DNA from: a virus
Taxonomy: Duplodnaviria > Caudoviricetes
IMG/VR virus record: IMGVR_UViG_3300022897_000005
Coordinates: 1-43,638 of that record
DNA: 43,638 nt
Direction: 5' to 3' (one strand)
This document shows positions 17,032 to 23,724 of this stretch, piece after piece (within the stretch, counting starts at the first letter, position 1; every line of letters begins with the position of its first letter). Under the pieces are notes generated by a model. The model made no database searches. It had not been told where the DNA came from and worked only from the letters and a program-made list of their open reading frames with translations. Both the position numbers and the translations under genes were made by a program.

Positions 17032-17067
17032 GGAGCCCCCGTCTTAAGACGGGGGCTCCTCTTTTTT
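17032..17067 (+). terminator. Intrinsic terminator
   Basis: GGAGCCCCCGTC-TTAA-GACGGGGGCTCC followed by TCTTTTTT. Confidence 0.8.
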
Positions 17068-17142
17068 CCTGCTCGGGATGGGTATTGCTCCTCGCTTACA
17101 CGTCTGCTATAGTAGATCTAACAGCGAACGAGGGAGACCGAA

Positions 17143-17373
17143 ATGAACGTCACCACAGCCGACACCGCAGCGATGGACCCGATCGTCTACGCGCTCAACC
17201 ACCAGCGCGTTCAAGACGCCGAGCTTGCCCGCGAGATGGCCGACGGGCACGCCGAGGCCCTGGCGGCCGAGCTGGCTTCGATCCAGGACGACCTGAACGC
17301 CCTGGACGCCACGGTCCAGAAGCTGGAGAGCGTCACGCTGGGCGACCCGGGCACCCCCGGCCGCCGGTACTGA
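17143..17373 (+). CDS. Coiled-coil hypothetical protein
   Basis: RBS AGGGAG; heptad pattern. Confidence 0.7.
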   Translation: MNVTTADTAAMDPIVYALNHQRVQDAELAREMADGHAEALAAELASIQDDLNALDATVQKLESVTLGDPGTPGRRY

Positions 17374-17404
17374 TCCCCTGCCCATCCCTGCCGAAGGACA
17401 AGCC

Positions 17405-17821
17405 ATGATCCGCAATATCAGCTACTCCCGTGACGCCTTCTCGGACCCCGATCAGCTGATCAAGAACGCCAAGCGCGCCCTGACCGGCGTGGACTACGAC
17501 ACGATGGTGGGCACGGGCCTGTCCGGCTCACTGGTCATTCCGACCTTGGCCCGAGCCCTGGGTAAGGAGTGGGCCATCATCCGTAAGGCCAGCGAGAGCA
17601 GCCACGCCGGCGCCGGTTTCGAAGGCACCATCGGCAAGCGATGGATCTTCGTGGACGACTTCATGGAGACGGGCAGCACCGAGCGCGCCGTCATGCAAGG
17701 CGTCCGGGAGGCAACGGACCTGTGGAACCGGACCATGCCGGCCATGCTCCAAGAGCCTCTGTCCACCTACGTCGGGGCCTACCTCTATAGCTGGAATTCA
17801 TGGCGACCCAACTACCGCTGA
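17405..17821 (+). CDS. Phosphoribosyltransferase-fold protein
   Basis: PRPP-binding motif WIFVDDFMETGSTE; GLSG and IIRK motifs. Confidence 0.8.
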   Translation: MIRNISYSRDAFSDPDQLIKNAKRALTGVDYDTMVGTGLSGSLVIPTLARALGKEWAIIRKASESSHAGAGFEGTIGKRWIFVDDFMETGSTERAVMQGVREATDLWNRTMPAMLQEPLSTYVGAYLYSWNSWRPNYR

Positions 17822-17832
17822 CCTGAATCAAC

Positions 17833-17867
17833 GAACGCCCCCGAGCCGGTTCGGCTCGGGGGCGTTC
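17833..17867. terminator. Bidirectional terminator between convergent genes
   Basis: GAACGCCCCCGAGCCG/CGGCTCGGGGGCGTTC, 16-bp stem. Confidence 0.75.
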
Positions 17868-17875
17868 TTGCTGTT

Positions 17876-19678
17876 CTATCGGTTGGCCGCCCAGTGGACA
17901 AGGGCGGACATGTCGTAGAGCCTGGCCTCGGTTTGGCCATAGGGCTGGCCATTCGGCTTGGCCAACGGCTCGGGAAAGGTCGCATCCCGCTGGCCAGCCG
18001 CGCGCAGACTGTCCAACGTCAGGCCAGGGAGCTGGCCAGCGGCCTTGGCCAGCGTGACCGGATTGGCCAGAGCCGGCCTGGATTGGCCATCCACCGTGGC
18101 CAATCCATCCTGTTGGCCAAGAACTGGCCCGGCCACCGGTACCGCCGAGTTGGCCAGGATCCGATTGGCCATGGCCTCGTCCAGGAACGGGACACGGAAG
18201 ATCATGAAATCCTCACCCTTGGCCAGACCCCAGATCCCGCGCGGGCCAGTAGGACAGGCCACGTAGGCGATCGTGTCCACGAGCATTTTCCAGAGCTTGC
18301 GATCCCACTTGGCGATGAGCCGGCCGCCCTGGAAGGACTCCCGAATGTCCCCGCCGTTGCCGCCGAACACCGACGCGCTGAGCCGTTGGGCGGCCACCAC
18401 GGCATGGAGCTTCAGCTCCCGGCCCATGCCCACCAGTTCCTGCATGGCCACGATGGCCGGGGACTGGAGCGGCGGATCCAGGTCTCCCAGGTCGACGTCC
18501 GCGCCCGGGTCATCGGCCAGGGCCAGCTTGGCCTCCACGATCAGCCGCTTGCGCTCGGCCCGCCAGTGCCTGGCCAACCGTTTGGTTTGAACGTTGATCT
18601 CCTCCACCAGGACGAAGACCCGGCGCTGGGTGGCCAGCTCCCCCTCGTCCATCTCGATCCGCCTGGCCATCTCCGTGGCCACGTCCAGCCAGGCCTGATG
18701 CAGATCCTCGGTCCGCCAGGCGTAGCGGACACGCCGCCTGTCCACCTTGCCGTCCCCGGCCCATCGCCAGTGGCTGAACTTCTTGGGGTCCATGATCAGC
18801 ACGCCGTCCCCGTAGCGCTCGATCCGCTGGACCATGGCCACTCTGGCCAGCACGCTCTTGCCTGTCCCGCTGGCCCCGGACATGGACATGTGCGGAGCAT
18901 CCTCGGCCAGGCTGATGGTGGCCAATCGGCCACCCGGGCCACGGCCCAGGACGATGGCCTCCTCCCCGGCCTCGGCGATGGCCGTCTGGATGGACTCCCA
19001 GGTGACCTCGGCCGGCGGCACGGGCGTAGCCCGGAGCGTGACCCAGACCCGGTTGCCGGCCTCGGACCATTCGGCCTGAGGATTGACGATGCCCAAGCGC
19101 GCGCCTACCTGGCTGGTTAGCGCGTCCTTGGTTCCCTTGGGCAGCGGCACCCCCGCCGGTAGAGCGAGCCTGACTGCCTGTCGCTCGGCCGGTCCGGCCG
19201 CGTCTCCGGAGCCCCACCCGCGCGGCACGTCCACGGTCTCGCGCGCCCAGCGCTTGTTGTAGCGAATGGCCAGGATGCGCGCGGCCAACTGGCCGGCGGG
19301 GTACGTCCATTCACGGTTGAGCCGGCGGCGGAAGAGCACGCCCCTGGCCGCCCCGAGGCCGCGCCAGCCCCCGAAGAGCGCGACTCCTACGGCATAGGCC
19401 AGCAGGGGGATCCAGCCCAGCCAGAAGGCGGCCAAGGCCAGGACAGCTGGCGCGGTCAGCAGGGCGTTGCGCGCGACCACCCGACGCCAACGAGCCCTAG
19501 TCAGCTTGGTGACGGGCTTGCCCCGGTAATCCTCCGTGGCGTCGTGCAGAAACGAGGCGTTATCCCGAGCCGGGCCGAGGTATGCCCCGGTCACGAAGAA
19601 GCGCCAGGGGAGCTGGATGGGCAGAGGCACGCGGTACCGATGCGAGACCTCTCGGATAGCAGCAGGGTTGTAGGGCAT
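17876..19678 (-). CDS. TraB/FtsK-SpoIIIE-like DNA translocase (actinomycete plasmid/AICE transfer protein type)
   Basis: N-terminal TM helices; PHMSMSGASGTGKS Walker A; IMDPK; VFVLVEE Walker B; GRELKLHAVVAAQR...GGDIRESF; small C-terminal wHTH-like domain. Confidence 0.82.
   Translation of the reverse strand: MPYNPAAIREVSHRYRVPLPIQLPWRFFVTGAYLGPARDNASFLHDATEDYRGKPVTKLTRARWRRVVARNALLTAPAVLALAAFWLGWIPLLAYAVGVALFGGWRGLGAARGVLFRRRLNREWTYPAGQLAARILAIRYNKRWARETVDVPRGWGSGDAAGPAERQAVRLALPAGVPLPKGTKDALTSQVGARLGIVNPQAEWSEAGNRVWVTLRATPVPPAEVTWESIQTAIAEAGEEAIVLGRGPGGRLATISLAEDAPHMSMSGASGTGKSVLARVAMVQRIERYGDGVLIMDPKKFSHWRWAGDGKVDRRRVRYAWRTEDLHQAWLDVATEMARRIEMDEGELATQRRVFVLVEEINVQTKRLARHWRAERKRLIVEAKLALADDPGADVDLGDLDPPLQSPAIVAMQELVGMGRELKLHAVVAAQRLSASVFGGNGGDIRESFQGGRLIAKWDRKLWKMLVDTIAYVACPTGPRGIWGLAKGEDFMIFRVPFLDEAMANRILANSAVPVAGPVLGQQDGLATVDGQSRPALANPVTLAKAAGQLPGLTLDSLRAAGQRDATFPEPLAKPNGQPYGQTEARLYDMSALVHWAANR
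17934..18225. repeat. Dense TGGCCA cluster at the 3' end of the traB-like gene (clt-like)
   Basis: 13 exact TGGCCA in ~290 bp counted by eye. Confidence 0.8.
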
Positions 19679-19728
19679 TGATCTACTATACTTGACATCA
19701 AGCTCTGTTGATCTGCTATAGTAGAGCT
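19679..19728. promoter_or_regulatory. Divergent promoter pair for the traB-like gene and the GIY-YIG/membrane operon
   Basis: Minus-strand TATAGT (19685-19690) 6 nt before the ATG at 19678; plus-strand TGCTATAGT with -10 at 19717-19722. Confidence 0.65.
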
Positions 19729-19791
19729 ACCTCGGCCGGATGGGGTGAGATCAACTCCACCACCCGGCCGAGCCAAACCCTTGGAGGTGCT

Positions 19792-20274
19792 ATGAGCTGG
19801 CTCGCCCGCGTGAAGCGGCGGCGGCCGGGGGTCTACGCCTACCGGACCCGGCGCCACTATGCCCCCTTGCGCAAGGAGTGGGGATACGTCGGCAAGAGCC
19901 GGGACCTGGTCATGCGGGACCGATGCCATGCTGGCGCGTGCGGCAGACACAAGACCTGTGTCCAGAAGCCCTGGTATGACCTGGTGGCGTACCGGATCAC
20001 CATCCAGCTGCCCTGGTGGCTGGGTTGGGACTGGCTCACGCTCAGCCTGGAGACCGGGCTCATCTGGCTGCTGAGGCCCCGATACAACATCGCCAAGAAC
20101 CCATGGCCGCACGTCAATCGGATGAAGCAAGCCGTCCAGCGCATGGAACGCGAGAGCGCGCCAGCCGGCTACCGGGCCATGGTCGCCATGGGTCCTTGGA
20201 TCACCTGGGCCACGCGCGCCATCGCGCTGGTTCTCATCGCTGGAGGAATCGGAGGGTACCTGTGGACCAGGTAG
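19792..20274 (+). CDS. GIY-YIG nuclease-like protein with C-terminal membrane anchor
   Basis: GVYAY...YVGKS...R..H...LE...PRYN plus terminal AIALVLIAGGIGGYLW; RBS GGAGG. Confidence 0.7.
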   Translation: MSWLARVKRRRPGVYAYRTRRHYAPLRKEWGYVGKSRDLVMRDRCHAGACGRHKTCVQKPWYDLVAYRITIQLPWWLGWDWLTLSLETGLIWLLRPRYNIAKNPWPHVNRMKQAVQRMERESAPAGYRAMVAMGPWITWATRAIALVLIAGGIGGYLWTR

Positions 20275-20711
20275 ACGTCTGGAACAAGAAGCCGGCCACC
20301 ATCGTGGCCAGCCGCCGCCTGGTGGCCGCCCAGACCCAGATCATGGGCGCGGCCGATCGCTGGGCCCTGGTGGCCGAGATGAACCGCGCAGCCCGCAATG
20401 GAGAGGTTCAGGTCGTCCGGCGCCAGCCGGTCTGGAATGCGTCCTCCGGTCAGTACGAGGTAGTCGTGCGCCGGCTGAAGGACCCGGCCCCCCGCTGGCG
20501 CAAGCCGGTCCTCATCTCCTCAGGCGTGGCCGTGGCCTTCGGCGCGCTCGTGGGCGTGGGCTACTACCTGGCCACCACCACAGCAGGCCTGGCTCTGTTC
20601 ACAGTGGCCGGCCTGGTCACCATGATGGCGTTCGGAGCCTGGCTCTCCAGGCTCGGCCAGCGGGGGGCGCACGCAGCCGTGGACGTTCGGGTGGAGGTGA
20701 GAGTGCGGTGA
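20262..20711 (+). CDS. Two-TM membrane protein (possible spread protein)
   Basis: RBS GGAGGG, GTG at 20262; two hydrophobic helices. Confidence 0.65.
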   Translation: MDQVDVWNKKPATIVASRRLVAAQTQIMGAADRWALVAEMNRAARNGEVQVVRRQPVWNASSGQYEVVVRRLKDPAPRWRKPVLISSGVAVAFGALVGVGYYLATTTAGLALFTVAGLVTMMAFGAWLSRLGQRGAHAAVDVRVEVRVR

Positions 20712-21022
20712 GCACGCATGAGCTGGATTTCGGCGACGGCAGGCGGCCGATCTATTTCTGTGGACTGTGCAACGCGATGTCCATGGAACCGTGCAAGATG
20801 CACCAAACCGATCCGGTCTGCTATACTGGACCTATGGAACCCAAGGACCAGTACCCGCGCTCACTCACACTCCCCGACGCCCTCACCCCGCAGATCGGCG
20901 CGGTGGAGGCCATGGTCACCGCCTTTCAGGACCGAGTCCAGAACAGTGAGATCAATGACCTGGACGACGCCGAGGCCTTCCTCACAGCCTGGTTGTCCGG
21001 GATGAAATCCCTCCAGTCCTGA
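20708..21022 (+). CDS. Hypothetical protein with internal in-frame leaderless start at 20834
   Basis: GTGA overlap; internal TGCTATACT-N6-ATG. Confidence 0.6.
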   Translation: MSTHELDFGDGRRPIYFCGLCNAMSMEPCKMHQTDPVCYTGPMEPKDQYPRSLTLPDALTPQIGAVEAMVTAFQDRVQNSEINDLDDAEAFLTAWLSGMKSLQS

Positions 21023-21037
21023 ACCTCAGCAACGCGA

Positions 21038-21072
21038 CAGGCCCGGACCGATGAAGGTCCGGGCCTGCTTTT
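21038..21072. terminator. Bidirectional terminator at the convergence of early and late arms
   Basis: CAGGCCCGGACC/GGTCCGGGCCTG followed by CTTTT. Confidence 0.75.
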
Positions 21073-21082
21073 GCATAATGCC

Positions 21083-21268
21083 CTACTCGGCGGCCGGCGG
21101 ATCAACCACCGGCGGCAGGATGATGATGTTGCCGTTGGTGATCATGTTGTCGCGTGGCTCCAGTTCGATAGCCAGGGCGATCAACTCCGCCAGGTAACCC
21201 GGGCCGGCCGTGATGACCAGTTCCCCGGACATGTCCTGTTCACGGCCCGTGATCTGCTGGCTGATCAT
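21083..21268 (-). CDS. Small hypothetical protein, end of lysis cassette
   Basis: ATGA overlap at 21268. Confidence 0.55.
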   Translation of the reverse strand: MISQQITGREQDMSGELVITAGPGYLAELIALAIELEPRDNMITNGNIIILPPVVDPPAAE

Positions 21269-21510
21269 CGGTTCCGCTTCATCCAGGCCGTGACCAGGGA
21301 GATGGCCGAGGAGACGGCGCCCACGGCCGCCATGCTCCACCACCCGGACCACGTGCTGGTATCGAGTCCGGTCAGCCAGGCCAACAGGCCGGTCGCGCCG
21401 ATGGTCAGCACGGTGTTGAGCACGATGCCGACCTTGGATTCCTTGGCCAGCGACTTGGAACCATCCGACTGCGGACCGGAGGTCAGGGCGGGGTTGGTAG
21501 TCATGGTCAT
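21265..21510 (-). CDS. Holin-like protein
   Basis: Two TM helices and basic C-terminus; lies in the lysis cassette. Confidence 0.65.
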   Translation of the reverse strand: MTMTTNPALTSGPQSDGSKSLAKESKVGIVLNTVLTIGATGLLAWLTGLDTSTWSGWWSMAAVGAVSSAISLVTAWMKRNR

Positions 21511-21791
21511 CTCTTTCCGTCGCACTGGAATAGCTCACGTAGATGATGCCACGCCTCGGCCGCGTTGCGCCCTGCTGGCGTTGCCGGCGCGGTGTCCCGG
21601 TAGACGTCGTCCTGGGCCACCACCAGCGCGCAGACGGCCGCCGTGATAGCAACGCTCTGGCGCGCGTTGTCCGCCTGGGCCGTCTGGATTGCTCGCTCGG
21701 ACGCCTTCAGCGAGACGATCACAGACAGACCCATGCCTGAGATGAAGATGGCCAGCAACACCAAGGCCACATACCACGTTCTCCAGCGCAA
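21507..21791 (-). CDS. Membrane protein (lysis cassette)
   Basis: N-terminal TM helix; RBS GGGAGG with TTG start. Confidence 0.65.
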   Translation of the reverse strand: MRWRTWYVALVLLAIFISGMGLSVIVSLKASERAIQTAQADNARQSVAITAAVCALVVAQDDVYRDTAPATPAGRNAAEAWHHLRELFQCDGKR

Positions 21792-21805
21792 CGCTCAGCC
21801 TCCCG

Positions 21806-22081
21806 TCACGGCGCGCCAGGTGATGACGGCGGCAACGGACGCGAGGCTTGCTGCGGTGGCAACGCGTCCGTAGACGTGTCCCCGCCAAACCGACCAACCA
21901 AGATCTGAAGCGCTCCCGGGACGCCCACCAGAACGGCGCCCACCCAGATCAGGGTCTCGTTCGCTTGAGCCGGAGGATCGAAAATGATCCCCGCCTGTCG
22001 AAAGATGATCAGCCACCCGCCCACCCAACTGGCCACGTCCCGCGCGACCGTTAACAGGCCAGGACCGCGCATGCTGCTCAC
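21806..22081 (-). CDS. Two-TM membrane protein (holin-like)
   Basis: RDVASWVGGWLII...GAVLVGVPG hydrophobic pattern. Confidence 0.6.
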   Translation of the reverse strand: MSSMRGPGLLTVARDVASWVGGWLIIFRQAGIIFDPPAQANETLIWVGAVLVGVPGALQILVGRFGGDTSTDALPPQQASRPLPPSSPGAP

Positions 22082-22137
22082 TCATGTTCCGCCTTACGTC
22101 TCGGGCAGGGTCTGGGCCCAATGTGATCATGGAGTGG

Positions 22138-22416
22138 TCAGCTTCCGGGGTCAACGCTCTGGTCTTCGGGGATCTCGATTCCGGCCTTGTTCAGAGCCCG
22201 GATGAGGATCCGCTGATAGTTCAGCGTGTCGGTTCGCTGCTGATTGACGATCACGTGCACCTCGGCAATCTGTGCGTTCCCTCGCTTCACCTCGGTCTCC
22301 ACTCGCTGCGATGTGCGCCGTGCAGCCCAGGCCGTGATCAGAGCCGCAATCGAAGTCAGGAGCAGAGACATCACGCCGCCGGCCGTGACGATGCCGGCCA
22401 GCGTTGAAGGCGCCAT
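22138..22416 (-). CDS. Membrane protein with coiled coil (lysis cassette)
   Basis: N-terminal TM; directly follows the endolysin. Confidence 0.6.
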   Translation of the reverse strand: MAPSTLAGIVTAGGVMSLLLTSIAALITAWAARRTSQRVETEVKRGNAQIAEVHVIVNQQRTDTLNYQRILIRALNKAGIEIPEDQSVDPGS

Positions 22417-23186
22417 CAGGCCTCCACGCCACCCCGGAGGATCAGCTTCAGGGACTCGGTCAGTTCCTCCACCGTGACGTCGTCGCGATCCTCGGGCAGG
22501 GAAGCCACCACGGCCTTGGCCACGGCGGCGGCCAGGGCGGCCGGGTCGGTCTGCTTGGCACCCAAGGCGGCCACGGCCGAACCCAGGGCAGCGAACCGGG
22601 GAGCCAGCTTGGCATCCACCACGGCGGTCAGTCGGTTGCGCTCGGAGTCGGAGAGGTCGTCCAGGGAGTTGCGGAACTTGATCAGCACGCGGTCCGCAAT
22701 GTCGTCGATCTCGGCAGCGGTCAGGGCCATGTCCATCAGTCCTTCCAGCCAGGGGCGGGTATCCGCCTCCAAGGCAGTCTCGTAGCTGAAGCTGAAGTGT
22801 GCGTGCTCAGTGTGCGGGCTAGCCCCGGTGTACGTCCGCTGGCGCCAGCCGTTGCTGGCCTCCCAGATACGCCGGTTAAAGATGATGTACCTGAGTCGAC
22901 GCTCTTCACCCGAACGGCAGCGGGCCAGCAAGAACTGGACCACGTCTTCCATGGTCAGGTCGGCCTGGCGAAGATCGTCATCCACGTCGATGGCGTGAAC
23001 CTCGTTGACCTTGTCCGCGTCGTGGATCGGTACCGACCCGGTCTCGTCCGGGTTGTGGTCGGAGGTTTCCTGCTGATGCGCAGTGTCCCCGATCCAGCCG
23101 TCGGAAGCCTTGTCCCGACCCGGCGCGATCAGGTTGAAGTCCGACCGAAGCCGGACGCCGCAGGGGATCAGGACGGCAGCTGTCAT
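22416..23186 (-). CDS. Endolysin (zinc peptidase, M15-like)
   Basis: DGWIGDTAH...SDHNPD...HAIDVD...YIIFNRRIW...YTGASPHTEHAHFS. Confidence 0.8.
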   Translation of the reverse strand: MTAAVLIPCGVRLRSDFNLIAPGRDKASDGWIGDTAHQQETSDHNPDETGSVPIHDADKVNEVHAIDVDDDLRQADLTMEDVVQFLLARCRSGEERRLRYIIFNRRIWEASNGWRQRTYTGASPHTEHAHFSFSYETALEADTRPWLEGLMDMALTAAEIDDIADRVLIKFRNSLDDLSDSERNRLTAVVDAKLAPRFAALGSAVAALGAKQTDPAALAAAVAKAVVASLPEDRDDVTVEELTESLKLILRGGVEA

Positions 23187-23190
23187 GGCC

Positions 23191-23715
23191 TCAGGCTATC
23201 CGACGCACGGTCACTGAGCTGGCCGCCTGGATGCCGCCCGAGTTGGCGTTAGAGACGTTCGGGGCCCAGCGGAAGGCGTAGTTGCCGGCGCCCGTCACTA
23301 CAGCGTTGCGCGTCTCCTCGATCACCCGCTGGTACGCGCCCGAGGTGGACAAGCCGTAGATCTGATCGGAGTTCCACAGGATCGGGGCCAGGTTCAGCGG
23401 CGGCCCGCTGGCCGGCGCTGTGGTGTTCGCGGCCGTGGGTCCGATCAGCATTCGCAGCGGATTGTTCCAGGTGCCCGTGAAGGACCACTGGGTCTTAATG
23501 GCGATGCCGGCCGAGCCACCGGTCATGAAGATCTTGTTAATGATCTCCCAGGTGCCCACGCCCAGCGCGATGCCGGACAGCTCGGAGTCGTCCGCGTAGG
23601 TGGTGGTGGAGGTGCGGACCTGGGCCGCAGATTTCACCGTGACGTCCGGGACCGTGGCGCCCAGCAGCGTGGCGGTCAGTCGCTGGCCGGCAAGGAAGGC
23701 GGGGTATTGGGTCAT
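23191..23715 (-). CDS. Minor tail / receptor-binding protein
   Basis: AGQRLTATLL N-terminus and beta-rich body; last tail gene. Confidence 0.65.
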   Translation of the reverse strand: MTQYPAFLAGQRLTATLLGATVPDVTVKSAAQVRTSTTTYADDSELSGIALGVGTWEIINKIFMTGGSAGIAIKTQWSFTGTWNNPLRMLIGPTAANTTAPASGPPLNLAPILWNSDQIYGLSTSGAYQRVIEETRNAVVTGAGNYAFRWAPNVSNANSGGIQAASSVTVRRIA

Positions 23716-23724
23716 GGCACCTCC

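Noticed and set aside
16140-18225. TGGCCA clusters as a CRISPR array or tandem repeat
   Set aside because: The unit is only 6 bp with irregular spacing and lies inside intact coding sequences.
17876-19678. Chromosomal FtsK or type VII secretion EccC captured from the host
   Set aside because: Single ATPase domain, short N-terminal TM region, Spd-like neighbour and phage-type promoter fit a TraB-like protein better; phylogeny is still needed.
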